In this document: one piece after another, positions 25,155-39,959 of the stretch
How the letters are laid out: every line of letters begins with the position of its first letter
How positions within the stretch are numbered: position 1 is the stretch's first letter
Source of the DNA: Harriotta raleighana
Lineage: Eukaryota
Length of the DNA stretch: 64,000 bases
NCBI GenBank assembly: GCA_050575255.1
Contig: JBNZDD010013687.1
Coordinates: 4,760,082 to 4,824,081 of the forward strand
Direction of reading: 5' to 3'
The notes under the pieces: model-generated
What the model saw: only the letters and a program-made list of their open reading frames with translations
Databases searched by the model: none
What the model was told of the DNA's origin: nothing
Program-made: the position numbers and the translations under genes

Positions 25155-27070
25155 GTATGTTTTGTTCTCTACAAGTTTTTGGAACATCTTAGCGGTGTTG
25201 TGTTCTGTTTGGGTACAGATGATCATCAACTAAATTTGTTGGTTTAATCAAGACTACCACTTTGCCAGAAATTGTGATGAATACAATTCCAGATTAATAC
25301 AATTTTCTGGAGATAAATGTCACTAGTGTGCTTAATACAATGCAGATATATAATCTGATGGAAAAACATCAGAACTGCATCTTTGTGGCTCTGTATGCTC
25401 TTTAGGTGGTAGCTAATTGCATGTTTAACCACATGTTAAGAATGTAGCATGGCTTGCATTACGGCCCTCAGAAATACAACATTTTAAAGACAATCGAGAA
25501 AGAGCAAAGACTGCCATATAACTACATAATCTTATTGTTTCACTGCCTATAAGTTACTTTAGCCCAGGTTTATTTATTTGCTGAAAAGAAAAAGTGCACC
25601 ATTGTTTAGGACCTCCTATCACAATACTGTACTTGCAAAATTGACAATATTACAATGAAATGCTGAATCATTTGCCATATGGTATAATTAACAGTTTAAA
25701 ATATCTGAATCAAACTAGGTGACACTGTACCAAGCCTATTTTATTTCTCTTATGTATGACAAAGAATATTTTTTTCTTTAACCAAATGCACCATTCTTAA
25801 AGAAAAACCTGAAGGAAGTATGATGCAGATCGGAGCCAGGTCTCTTCTTCATTAAATAAATGTGGAGATAATTGTGTGTCAGTTTTGTGAAATCATAGTT
25901 AGCAATACAAAATACAATCCTCAAGGTTCTCCTCTCCATGTGGCTGACGTTTTATTTACTTTTGTGCATCGTTTTATAGCACATATACTGACCGACTCCA
26001 TCCACTGAGGCTTTGAAACATCTGACTGTCAAAGACTTGATTAATCTTTTTGTCATTTTGGCAGTTTTTTGAAAAAATTAGGTTAAGCTGGCTGTTTCTT
26101 GGTAATACCTTCATTACTGCAATTTACTGTTATATAGGAATTGAGCAGTAATCGGATGGATTGCCTAATCTTACGAGCAGCCTTAATGTACATTTACAGT
26201 AATTTAATATATTGGAAAAGCTAGTACAGGCTATAAATGTACTGTGGGAACATTGTATGTGACAAATGACCATCTGTATTGGTATTTGTCTGCAGAATCT
26301 ATTAGATTCTACAATAATGATTTAAAGCCTCGCTGAAACTTGGATTTTAAAACTAGTGTGGTTTGGCAAATAAACAATAGAGCATTATTAGGCTGTCACC
26401 TCTTTTATCTACACATACATCTTTGGAGGCAATAATCTGTTCACCAGCACTTTAATGAGCAGGAGTTAGTGTTTTATTTGGACATAGTTATTTCACCTCA
26501 ACAACAAGACGATTCATTCATCTAATTGGATTAAATGTTTTTAAAAGTGGGAGGAATTATTTTTGCCAATAGCAAAGAACCCAATCTATAGCCAAAGAAT
26601 GAAAACACTGTAAGAATTGAATAAAAAAGAAAGTTTTAGTGAACTTTTTTCAATAAATGTGAACTAATTTTTTTTATTTCTACAAAGTCTTTCTTTCAAA
26701 GATGAAAGGTGTGTCCGGTTTTTGAGAGAATTTTAAACAAAAATAAGCGATGGAAATAAGTGTAAATGCACCAATTTTCAAAAACTGGTGGCATTCTTTA
26801 AATTACAGTACTTTAAAATTTATGAAACTCGTGAGGATTGTAAGCACTGTGATGAATTATAAAAATGTCATCAATTTAAAATGCTGTATTTGGTAAGGTT
26901 GAATCAATTTATTGACCATTTTTGTAATTATGTCAATTACTATTGATTGTGACAGCAACTTCAATAAATTGTCCATTTCAAATGATAACTGAAACATTCC
27001 AGTCATACTCCAGGATTGAAGCTTTCTTTCTCTTTTCCCTTTCCTTAAAATGTGTTCTGTTTTGGGGTAG

Positions 27071-27241
<171 letters not shown>

Positions 27242-27455
27242 TAAATTGTATATCTGTTATGTCTGTTATTTCAATTCTGAATAGCTTTAAATTTTTAATT
27301 TTACTGAAGCAACCATATTTGTGCAGTGTGGACTAGATTTCTTTGGAACCTGTTTTTAAACTGTTTCTCCTTTTGTTGCTCTATTTAATTCTATGGCAGG
27401 GAGAGAAGAAGCATTTAAATAAAATTGAACCAAAAATTAACCTTTTTTTAAACAG

Positions 27456-27583
27456 GTTCCATTTTTTGGGCCACTCTTCGATGGTGCAATTGTGGATGAA
27501 AAGGTTCTTCCGTGCTTGGTCCAAGCTACAGCAATCAATGCAAGTCGAGCATTAAAATCGCTCATTCCACTATATCAAAATTT
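27456..27583 (+). CDS. RALGAPA1: RALGAPA1 exon ending at a U12-type donor
   Basis: aacag|; [32 protein letters not shown](F); |GTATCCTT. Confidence 0.95.
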
Positions 27584-30500
27584 GTATCCTTTCTTACATT
27601 ATTCTTTCACAATATCAGGATGATATAGCTTCCCAACCATACAATGCACAACTGATTTGTTTCCAGTATGTACATATTGCATCTCCAGCAGATTTACCAT
27701 GTTCAACAATACAATTATCTTTTGTTCTGTTTTATTTGGAGGGAGTTGTTTTTGGCTGGAAAGTCATTATCAGTGTTCCCCACAGAGGCACATGAACATT
27801 CCTATTCATGCAGAGCTTCTACAAGTGAACCTTCTTGGAATTGGGTCCCTGTTTTCTCTCTCCATGTCATCCTAACATTATATTTCTATAAGAATGGGAA
27901 ATCATTATAGTGGGTGTAGGCATACTGGCTGTCTGGCTGGCACTGAATTATTTCAGCAATTCGGTACATAACAATGGAAGTTGTAAAGGAAAATCAAACA
28001 TGTCTGTGATCAATGGATGGATCTAATCTACAGGGTTTCTTTCACTTTAAATTCCTCTCTTTAGTTAGTTCACACTTAAAAAGTTAGTGGCAACACTGGT
28101 CGCCTTCATCTTGAATACTTTCAAGAGACCCCTTTTTTTGTACATAGAAGTACGGGTTAAACTTGTACAGTAATTTGTGTCTGTAACCTGTGTAATTTCA
28201 AAGAATTGTGCACCACACAGACATCTCCTGGGCATCATCCCATTTGCTCTGTGTGCTAACTTCAAGGGTACTCATGACCTTGAAACAATTGAGTTTAACA
28301 CCTTTTGCAAGTCTTTCAGAAAGACCTTCATCTAATCATTTGTGTGTAATTTACGTTTTGGTCATCACAGATGGGTGCTGGCATGCTGCATTGATCAGAG
28401 TTGATACCATTACAAATGTCTCTTGTGCCAGACTGAAGCACAGATTGCACCTTACTTTCATGGAAAAGCATAAGGTACAACAAGCATTTTAATGGAATCA
28501 ATGAATATTGACGCCTTTTCCATCCTTCATATTTCTAATGCAATGCAAAGTGCATTTGAAACAGCAAATGTGTTTTCCACAAAAACATTGATTTTGACTA
28601 TGTCTAAATAATACTCCAAAGCCCTGTATTAATTGAAAAATCCCAAGTTTCTTCTTTCTATCCCTGTATAGTGTTTTATTTGCTCCTATACCTTCAAAAC
28701 AAATTTGATTTGGATTCCATGGATGTCCACAATTATGCCTGAAACTGGATTCAGTTAAACTTGACTTGAAGCTTAGCTCCGAGCCATTTTTATCCATCTG
28801 TGTATTATTCAGCAAATGAGGCACATATTGATTGGCATGTGTAGCGTGGATCAGTCTTTCTGACATCTATAATTACAGTAATCTGTTACTATTGATGTTT
28901 GTCTAGCTCTGATATTTTTACAGCTTCTCATATTGTCTCAAGTCAGTGATAATTTGAAGACCATTTAAATGTTTTGATTGCTTTGTCTTAGCGAAAATAC
29001 TTTTCATGGAGCACATTCCCCCTTGTGTACAATTTAATGGCTTGATCGTGCAATTATAGTTGTAATGCATCGCTGGGGATCAGGAGAAAGTAGTACCTGC
29101 TGTAGAAATTGGGCCTTTGGGACGAAAATTGGATAAACTTTGCCATCTTATTTTACTTACTGATGTATTTGAAAGAAATTAGATTTATCTTAATGCAGAT
29201 CATAAAATCAAGAGCCATTGATATGAATCACTTGGGGAGTTCTGTGAATTACAGGAACAGCTGTCAGTAAGTTTGTATTCTCGTGGTAGAATATTCATAA
29301 TAACAGTTGGCCGATTTTTGCACTTGCAAAAGATGACATTTGGATAAACAGTGTTTTTTAATGCCTAGCTTTTAAAGCTCAAATATCACTGTATTGCTTT
29401 CGTGGAAGCCTTTAACTTTTTGCTAGAATAACTAATAATCATATAACAGCCTTGATGATAAATACTAACCTATTTCGGTTTTCATTTTTAGTTGTGTTAA
29501 TCTAGAGTGTGAAAATGATCTGTAAATGTGGAACTTACATTTTCATAATAGTTAAACACAGCACCATAGCTTTACAATAAATTATAGTTGGCAGTGATGA
29601 AAGAGGGGAAAGTCAGTCTCTTGATTTCTGACCTTTTAGTTTGAACTGGAATAACTACTAATACAGATTTTGTACAATGTGAGATCTGACTGAATAATTT
29701 ACTGTTTTGCTCAAAACAATAGAATTGCTTTATGTTACTCAGACTTTCAATAATCTGCTCCCTTTTCAAACAGCAAGACCTATGTTATGTTATTTTCCCC
29801 CAATCGTTTACAGATTGTGAAGGAGAGCTCGTACCACATGTCTCCGTCCTTTCCTTTGATTTTTCAATCACTTGTTTTTAATATGTGGGCTATTAAAATT
29901 TAATAACCTTTGGTTGCCAAGCCACATTTGTTGCCATCCATCTGTTCATGCTGATTGTGAAAAGGCAACATTGTTGAGTACATCCCCAGACTAGAAGCAC
30001 AGTGCACAGAGGGTATGTGAAGTGGGATTTTCACAGGGAAGCCACAGCTCCTGATTTCTTGTGATAAAGTGTCAATGGTAGAAGGTTTGGCATATGGTTT
30101 AGCGTGATAGGGAGCTTGGGTCAGTGCCTTACTCAGCTTTAACTCATTTCTATTCAGACTATGAAACCTGGCTGCTTTGCATTGTTTTGCTGAACTCTAA
30201 TCAAGTGGCATGGATGGTCCACTTAACTCTGTGTGGGAATACAGTTCAGTAAGTATTCACAATAGCAACATTGAGGCATCACAATCAACACAGCAGCTTG
30301 GTGGGACCTCATGTGACTAACTTTCTTAATTATAGGTTCACAATGATCAATCTAAGGAGCACAATCTAATGACTATTATTGTAAATTTATTCAAGTTCCC
30401 CTTAAATGCAATTTTAATGAGGGAATAGAAAACAGTAATTAGAGCCATGCTGTCTCTTTTCATTTCAGTGTTGACTTTTGTGAAATCCTTCTTATGTCAC

Positions 30501-33500
30501 TTGGAGTATTTTAATTTATTTGTGTTTTGGGTTATTAAGTGCTTTTAAAAAAATATTTGTTTGATATGTGTTTTGCAACATCTTTCATGATTCAAGTATA
30601 TTTTAATGTAATTCATATTTTAGTCCCATCAATTTTGTGATTTGATTTTTGGAAGCTTTAAAAAGATCTTTGAGTGCTGAACTTTTATTTTACATTCGTT
30701 TTTCTTTAATCTTCCCAAATTCAGGTTAAGTAGCCTCTTTATTTAATGATCACCATCTCCTTTTTTTGCCTTGAAGTCATAATTTTCAAACAATTTGAAG
30801 AAGGTATAACATTAAAAGAAAACAGATTTCAGATTTACCTTTTAGTTTCTACAAACATAACTTGATATGATTGTATACATGAAGCAAAATTGTAGTAAAT
30901 TACTTAGAAAAGACAAGGTAGCAGTAGTGTGAGACAGAACTTCACTGCTGTGATATGGGTGGGTGCTGACTCTTCTGAGTTCGATGTTGAACGTGAATAT
31001 TACATTGGGAGAAGTGAAGTATTTCTTCTATTTCTCCACCTTTTGAGAAACTGAATTAACAGAAGTAAAATATAATTTTTATAGCTTTTCAGCAGCCTGT
31101 GATCATTGCCAAGCAGGTTCAGGGAGCAGTGAACAGCATATATTCTATCCTATGCCCCAAAGTATTTTAAAATTCCACATCAATGTAATGCAATTGGAAG
31201 ATAGAAAAAACTTTTTTTGTTTACTTTGGGTATAGGGTAAAGAGAGGAGGTGGAATAAGATTGAATATTTTTCCATAACCCTACAGATGATTAACTGTTG
31301 ATGAGAAAAACAAACTAGTTAATCAAACTGATGAAATGCACCACAGAAGTCACCGCTAAAAGTACAGACTGCAATTGATTGAGGGGGGCAGGTAACTGCT
31401 GCCTAATGCATTATTTGTGTGTGCTTCAGTTTTACACTTAACATATTTAAGTCATGACAAATAGCAGGAACATGAAGGTTGAAATCCAGTTATTGGCTTT
31501 GTACTTTGCCTTGGGGAGACTGACTGTGTATATGGCAATGTGCTGCAACTAAAATGATGTGACATTGTTTTTAATGACAGTGTGCTGCAGCTTGTTATGT
31601 CTCATTATAGTAATGATATAATTTGTATGGCCATTGTAGCTTCAAATTTAAACAGAGGATGGGGAAAACTAATTTGATGGGAGGTTGACCTTTGTAAACT
31701 GAAGGAGGCACCTGCCATTAAAGGCAAAATCAGAATACTTTGTACTCGGATATTCTAATATTTTAAACATATCCTAATCCTGTATTGATCATTTGCAAGG
31801 AACTCCAGGTCAGAGAAATTAAAATCAAGCGTTTTCTGAAAATAATTGCAGCATGATGCATAACTCTGCCATTATTGTGGATTATATGATGCACTGACTG
31901 AAATTTGTCCCAAATTAAGGATTATTATTATTAAATTAAGGAACTATTACGAATGGATTGCAAAGAAAGCTCTTATTAAAGTAATGTGAATTTTTCCTGT
32001 TTAATACTTAATTTAGGATTTAACATGTTCAGATGCCAACAACAAAATTATATTTGTATAGCGTCTTTCACGTTGGGAAAGGCACAGTCCCAAGGCGCTG
32101 GACAGACAATGTTTTGGCTGATAATATGTGGCTTTACAGTGGTCTATCTAGCACTCTGTAAATTGTTAGATCTCTGGAGATATAAAATTTTCCTTGCAAC
32201 ACTTTGCAAAATTTGAGCTACATTGTTGCAAAGTGACTACATTTTTTTGAATTCCATACTGGCAAGCAGCTTTAAAGAATGTGATTTGAAGAATTCTAAT
32301 ATTTTACATTGTAAAGTAAAAGAAAATGTTGTAAATAAAAAGATTCCTCGTGCACATTAGTTTTAAATGTGGCTTTAAGATTAGGAATGAAGTGGTGGTG
32401 CCAGCAGGCTGTGTCTATATTGTATCTGGTGCTTGGAAAAGCATCTTTTGAGTAATTAGAGTCCCAGAACAATTTTGCTTTGCATTTTTCAGATGTTGCT
32501 TTACCACTGTTAAATAATGTATTAGTGTGATTATTGTGTTAAGTCAGTTTTCTAATTAGTAAAAATAAACGGTGTAGTTAAATTACCAGAAGGGAGATGC
32601 TGAAGCAGTGTTTGTACTGAGGGAGGTTGTGGAGAGGAAAAGAGAAGCACAGAAGAATCACTGGTGAATGCCTCTTTTTTTTCTTAATTTGATATGGGGT
32701 TGTAAATCATAAGTAATGTTTCAGTGGGACAGAGCGTTATGCGGTGTTGAACTGTGATAGGTAGCGCGTGATGCAATTTACTAAGATAAATTTCTCATTG
32801 AATAATTGGTAGATTTGGAAGAGGTCATGCAAGGTCCACATCTGAGCTGACTCCATGCAGTATTAACAGCCCATGGTTCCCGTGCTTGAGCACCTGTCAT
32901 GGATTTCTAGTCAGCCTGCAGCCAGAGGACCCAAATAAAGAAATGCCAGGTGTCCTGCCAGGCTCTTAATTGAGCCACATTGTACACATTACACAAATTG
33001 CATCATAGTTAAAGGCTTGGATTAGCACAGCTTTCATTGCCTTTCATCCTGTAAAATAATGTAAACCCAAGATTTGATGTTAACATAACTTGTTTTAATG
33101 TGCGGAAGTAAAACTTCAGAAACAGCAATAAGTTGCAAACAATTAACGTATCTGATCTATTCAGATGCACAAATGTGTTACAAAGTGAAGCCTTGAGCTA
33201 TTTTACTGGTAATGAAAAAACATACTTCTTAGTCAGTGTGAAGTAAGAGTGCCCTGGTCTTGCAGAATGTAAGTGTAATCTGGTTTGTGTACCATAATGA
33301 TCAGTCAGAAATATGCAATTAAGTATTTATTATATTTGAAGCTTTTCCTCACTTGCCATAATATGCGTGCTTTATATTGTCTATCTTACCTCTGTGTTTA
33401 AGTAAGCTTCACCTGATCAATGCTGCCAGGGTTTTGATACAGGATTAAATAGATTTATTGAAGGATTTAGAGATGATGGGGTTGGGGTAGCTGTTTGCAT

Positions 33501-36138
33501 AATTTAGATATAGAAATGCTATTTTTATAAGTTTGAAAGGTTTAAATATTCATTAATTTATATCAGGGGAGGCAAACATCAGAGAATGATGACCTTCCTA
33601 TTTCCAATCTTAAAAATTATTCTTTTTAAAGATCGATAACATCTGGCCCTAACACGCCTTGTTTAGAATGAATGCGTCACTAGATAGTCCCTGTTTTGCC
33701 TCTTGGTAGGCAAGATAGTCTATTGCCATTATAATTTTATTTCTAGATTGAACTAAATTGTATTCTAATTGCATTTACCGTTTGACTGCAGCAGCTGTCT
33801 GCATTTTTTTTTCCATTTCATTGCTAACTTATTACCAGATGACGATTTGCGGCAAGGTTACTCAATTTAAGCCCATGTCGTGACTCAGAATCTATACCTT
33901 GTCACTTGTGTAGACGTAGGGATGGTTATATGGATGAATTTCCACCTGGTTCAAGACATTGCGCACCTCCTTTTCAAATAGGTTTTCAGAACTGCTTGTT
34001 TTCGTAACGGGTATTTCTCCTGTGGCCATCCTGATCTTTTCTTCCTGGCAGCATCTCCTGTGTGAAAAGAGTGATCAATCGGAAGCTATCTATAACTGCT
34101 TATAGAGAGAGAAAAATTAACAAACCACTGGGAATTTTCAGGTCTCCTAAGATTCAGCTCTTCTAATGTGCTAACAAGCTCATTTTATACCTTCAATACT
34201 TCAATCCTATTTTTTTTCATGAGACACTTAGTTGAGTGCATCTCACAGAATGAAAAGCACAGCGGGTGGTTGCTGCAATACTGCATTTTTAATTCTTTGT
34301 GGAAAAATAGAAAATTAGTTTCTAGTAATATTAACCCCTAGTGTTTTCTATCCAGGAGCCGCTGATGTGAATGGAAGGGTACCATTAGGAATAGTAATCC
34401 TGCAGCTGTGAAGCTTCCAAGAGAGGCAAAAAATATTTCTTAACCAAAGCTGTAAAAATGCAGGTCCAGACAAGTTTTTGCAGACTTGCGGTTCAGTTTT
34501 CTTCTTGCATATCTTCCATCGTTATACTGTTGCTTTCAAAACAATATGCCACAAAACATTATCAAACCATTATGTTTCTAAAGATTGTAAGTAGAATATA
34601 AAGGATAGATATTGATGTGAAGTCCTATTATTGCATTATCCAATTTGCTACACAAGCTACATAAACAAATATGGTAAAAATCATAAATAGAATGCAAAGC
34701 AGTCAGAAAATGACAGGATGGAGTTTTATAAGGATAGGATACAAGTGAAGAGTAGAAGATTATGGAAATGTTAAAATTAGGAATTAAAATATTAATAAAT
34801 ACGGTCTGTGTTGAAACGAAATGATTGAGTAATCCACCTATTAACAAATTATGGGAGGTTTTGAAATGTTTGTACATAATTCTGCACAGCAAATGTGGAG
34901 CACTGATGATTTTTGTCCCGATTATGCAATTCTTTCAGTACTGCAGTGAGCCAAATAAATTGAGTTCCTGGTTCCTATCTGAGTTGTTCCAATGTTGCAT
35001 TGGAGAACAGTTGCAAAAGTGTTCCATTATGAATTATGCAATAAAATCTGAATGATATTTGCACATTTATAAACAGTGAATCTTTTTGATAAGTTGAGGT
35101 AAACGTGGACAGTATAACTGCTGTCTTGGTAGTCCTACATCTTAGCTAGGCCAGTTTGCTGTACTGCAGGGCACTGATGATGATTCAATAGCCAGTTTTG
35201 TGGGACTTAGTGGAGCAGACTAATCACTGGTAAATAGGATTCTTCTCACTCCTTGTTATCATGCAAGCCAAAACCCCAGAGTGGGTCTTAGCAGATCAGA
35301 ATGAATACAAATGCTCTGAGTTAATAGCACATTCTTTGATACATAGTTATGTGAATCGATGAAGGAACAGAAATTCATCTCAGAAACCTATAAACCAAAG
35401 TAAGGTTATGTGATGAACAAAGAAAGCTCATCACAGCTGATCTCAGAAGTTCAAACACTGGATGTTTTCAAACTCTGTAGCTGGTGACACCATAAAAGAT
35501 GAAACTACTGACTGGCAGCAAAGTCCAGCAGAGTAAGGAATATATCTTTATTTTATAAATATATATATAACTGTACATCTATTAATTTTTTTTTTAATTA
35601 TTTGATCAACGTTGATGCCCTCAGTAGTTAGCCCATTGTAAATGCAGGATTGCTAACTTAGTGTATCATGGCTACTACTTTAAGATCATCAGAAACCATT
35701 ATTCAACATGAAACAAAACGCAAAATATTGCAGATTCTGAAATCTGACATTATTAATCATGATGTGTTTGCTGGCCCTTCCCAAAACCTAAATGTCAAAT
35801 GGTACAAATCATGTAAATGAATGACAAGCATATTTCTACCAAAGGCTGAATTTTGTGCAGAAAATGGAGAATTAAGTTTATAATACTATGTTTCAGAGCC
35901 AGTATACATACTTCATTATTTTACACAAAGTAGTTTTTTTGTTTGGGCGTTCTCTAATATATATATATATTTTTGAAGGCAAACATGAATATTCAAGGAG
36001 AATCTTAGAATTCTCACAGACCTTTGTTGTTGATCACAATTCCATAATTATTTTCAGTCTGAATATCATCTTTGTTTGGAATTGGTGTGTTCTTGCTTGT
36101 TTAGAAAATATGGTTGCATTACTTAACTCAAATATCAG
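27584..36138 (+). other. U12-type (minor spliceosome) GT-AG intron, 8555 nt
   Basis: 5' splice site GTATCCTTT; branch TTACTTAAC at 36119-36127 close to the AG; no polypyrimidine tract; phase joins TT+C to give Phe. Confidence 0.9.
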
Positions 36139-36263
36139 CTATGAAGAGAGAGCTCGATACCTGGAAACAATTGTGCAACATCACCAGGAACCAACAACGT
36201 TTGAAGATTTTGCTGCTCAGGTCTTTTGTCCGGCCCCTTGTCACTACTTACCATCTGATTCAG
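36139..36263 (+). CDS. RALGAPA1: RALGAPA1 exon
   Basis: atatcag|; [34 protein letters not shown]; G|gtatga. Confidence 0.96.
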
Positions 36264-37431
36264 GTATGAATGAAGAGTTCACCTCAAAGTTTAAGGTTTA
36301 TCAAAAGACAATTCCTTAACAGTGCTGTTTTCATTTCAAGCATAGTTTAGACTTTGATTGATTTTATACATTACAACATTAAGTCTTCTCGTACTTTCAT
36401 AATCAGGTATTTAATTTTTTAAATAAATGACCTGATGCAGGGGCACCTCATCATAGCAACCTTTAATGGTATGCTTCCTCATTTATAGGATGTGTTACTG
36501 TGGATCTAGATTAATCATATAACCAGCTAAAAGAAAAAAGCTTTTAGGTCTTTATGTTTTCCTGATGTGCTAAAAAAAATTGAAATGATCGACCAGGTAT
36601 GTTAGGTAACCATTGTTTGTGTGCTCGGCTCTGCACGGGAAGCACCATTAACCAACTAATGTTACTTCCTTTGCAAAGCATTGTTAGTAGTGATTCTTGA
36701 GGCATAACAGGCAAGAAAGGATTATTGATAATCGTTTGGAAAAAAACAAGAATAAATTGACCATCTCAATCCACAACGGTTTGTGGGACACTGCTGTATG
36801 CGATTGGCTGCTCACCATTATTAATATTAATATAACTTTGACCCAGCTGATCACAGCTACAAATATATTTATCTGCAATAATTATCTAGGACATTTGTAT
36901 TAACTAATTGATCAAGCTTCTAAGTGTAAAACTGAACAACTATTTACAAAGTACACCAAAAATAAGCAACTGGCAAAAAAAAATTTAGATCGAATTTTCT
37001 ACATGCCATTGATTTTTTTTCTGAGAGGAACAGTAATGCATTATGCATTCATTTTTTACAGATGTATTTCTTCACCTGAACACATGTGCATTATTAAATG
37101 GGTACATGAGTTGCTTCTTGTAGTTCTTGCTTCTTGAGTTGCTTCACGTCAGGATGTCCTCCCGACCTGAAGGAGCTATACAAATGTAATTGTGTTGTTG
37201 TTTTTAAAATGTATTAAAGGCTTTGGGATTTTTGCCTTCATGTCTTATATATTGTTTAAAAATTGTTGCATATATAAAATATGTTAATATGATTATGCTA
37301 CCCTAACTTTGTATAGTGCCATTAACCCACTTTGATATGTATAAAGGTGGTAATTCGAGGTATTCCTATCCTGTGCATATCTCTACCTTATATCAAAGTG
37401 ATTATTTTCATTGTTTTATTTTCCCCTTTAG

Positions 37432-37462
37432 ATCATTAAATGTCAGTTCTGTATATCAAAAG
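37432..37462 (+). CDS. RALGAPA1: RALGAPA1 31-nt cassette exon encoding (D)H-stop (TAA at 37437-37439)
   Basis: Strong pyrimidine tract, tttag| acceptor, AAG|gtaaga donor; yields ..PSDSDH*, like the remembered mammalian ..PSDADH* terminus. Confidence 0.85.
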
Positions 37463-38149
37463 GTAAGATTCAGTGAGAAAGTCTATGTTCAGGTGACTGT
37501 CCTACCAGAGCAATAAACTCGTAACAGTTTAAACCAGCCTTTCTGATGCTCTGTTCATACTAAAAAGACATTTTCCCAAGTGCTTTATTGAAGTATTGTC
37601 TTTGACTAAAGAGTTTACTAACCCCAGGTCTGCACGTGTTACTAACCATTCAACTGGAATGTGTTTTAACAGCAGTTGAAACTGATTTCAACAAATAACC
37701 TCTCCATGCGTTGTTATTTTTTCCTCTCGCATGAACCAGAATAGCACCAATGTATCTGTTGTACTGTATGTTCTATATTGTTTGGCACTAATGTCATCAG
37801 CAAAAAATCTCCATTCTGGAAGTAAAAGTAAATGTTCAGATGTAATAAAATCTAAATTAAACAGGAAGATCAGACTACAGTGTTAAAATTTGACAAGAAC
37901 ATTACACTTTAGTCAGCTATTTATTATAAGAATTGTTAACTATTTGTGCATTTTGTACTCAAGTCGCACTTCCTGTGATGACTACTTTATTGTAAATTGC
38001 ATTTGAAAAATATTGTCAACACCTCTCAAAGTGCTTCTTAGTTTTTCTCTATAGTGTGTGTGTGTGTATTTCTAGGTTAACTAAGCAGTGTAATGAATGT
38101 CCACAAGCAGCATTGAAGTGAAAGACTCATTTTATCAAAAGATTATCAC

Positions 38150-38370
38150 CGAGAGAAACTCTTCTGTTTTTGAACCACATTATTGGATATTTTATAACAA
38201 CCACCTGAACGGGCAGGTGGGACCTTGGTTTAACGCTTATGCAAAGGATGAGCCTTTCAATAATGCTGTGCTCCTCTAGAGTATCAGATGAGCTCAAAAT
38301 ACAACATGGAGATTTCAATCCACAACCATCTAACTTAGACAGTGAGTGCTTCCAATTGAGCCAGGCTGTA
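38150..38370 (-). mobile_element. Old Deu-domain SINE
   Basis: ccacctgaacgggcag..ccttggtttaacg is the reverse complement of the Deu core; tRNA-like head near 38335-38370; related to 56150-56450. Confidence 0.6.
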
Positions 38371-39959
38371 GGGGCTTGACCTGAATGAATTTCTTGGAGA
38401 TAAATGTGTCAGAACCACTTGGTTGCAATTGCTTTGCAACTTTGTATCTTAAATGTCACTTAATTTTGAAATTAATCAAATGAGTGTTATATAAACGTAA
38501 GGGCTGAAGTAGGTTATTAAAGACATTGGCGAGGATTTTCCTTTGATAATTAGGCAGCAGAAACATCATCAAACTACAGAATGTTTGTTTTACAAAGCCA
38601 TTATGTCACTTTTTTTCAAACTTGTGGGTTCAAACAAGCAGGTTGTCGCTTGGCTACTGTGGTGTGTCTTATTTCTCTGCCTCTCTTCCTCAATTTAAGA
38701 TTCTCATCTTTTACAGAAAGTAGTTTCCTGTACTGCAAGTATAATCAAGTCTATTTCAGTACCACTTAGTCTCTTCAGAAAATCTGCTGTGGAAATTATT
38801 TCCACAATTTCCCATTAGTTTTAGTGACATGATCTATGTACTGTATTTGCATGTCACAGGGATAGAGGTAGGGGATTCAGCCTGTTTTATCTGCACTATT
38901 TCTATAGTAATTCTTTAAATTCTATGTTCCTGTCCTTAATCAATGTTTGAATTTGGGAGGTTCATTATGAATTGAGCAGTCTAAAAGAGGTATTGCCCAT
39001 TGTGAAGAATGGGAACATGATTGATTATGAGTATCCTTAAAACAGCATGAATGATTGTCCTCTGCCAGCACCAATATCTGAAATAACAGTTGTTAGGCCA
39101 GTGGGAGTTTTTTTCACTGACTTTCTTTAAAATATATTGGCCTAGAAACTATTTCACTTTCCCCTGACACTCCTGAAGGGTTCACGATTTAACCGATGCA
39201 CCATCAGATTCTTGAACAGTATCAAGATGATCAGAAGGTATCTAACATTCTCCTCCAACAATGTAAAATAGTTTCAAGGTTTGGGTGGGGTTTGTGGGTG
39301 AGTGGGGTGGGATTTCTAAAAAATGTAACAAGCCTTCTTGATCAACTAGCCGTATTTTCTCACAAGAGTAAATATTCTCTGCATGGCTACTGCATGACTA
39401 AAATACACACACAAAGACATGCACAAAATCAGCCTAATTTACTTGGAATTGCAGGAAAATTGCAGTTGAAAAAAAACTTGATGAGAATAAACTTCACAGT
39501 TCATAACAATTTGCACTAAAACATTCTATACATAAGAGTTGAGGTCATATAGTCATTTCAGGGACTGATAACAGTTCTGCTCTATGTGACTGCTTGCTTT
39601 TATTTATTTATAGTCTAGTTCTGTGGAAATTACTAATCCTGATACTTACTTACGGATATTTTCTTAAGGTCCAGCAAAAAAAATCAGCAAAGTTATTGAA
39701 GCTAATTCACTGTGAAAATTAAACTTTAAAAGGTGGTTCCATCTACAATTTTGATGCAAAGCTGTAACAGTTTACTGTAAGTCTACCCATTATCAAATAG
39801 AACAACGTATGTAGATTGAAGACTTGCTCTCAGGATACCAGGAGGTGTGAGAAGTGACAGGGGAATGTAGTTGAAGGAAAGTTTAGTGGAATTGTAATCA
39901 ATGTCTGGAATTAACTATCCTTGAAAAATTATCATTATATTACAGAAATATATGAGCTC

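Noticed and set aside
31850-31905. Possible intronic C/D-box snoRNA (ATGATG..CTGA)
   Set aside because: Imperfect C box, no terminal stem, no recognisable guide sequence.
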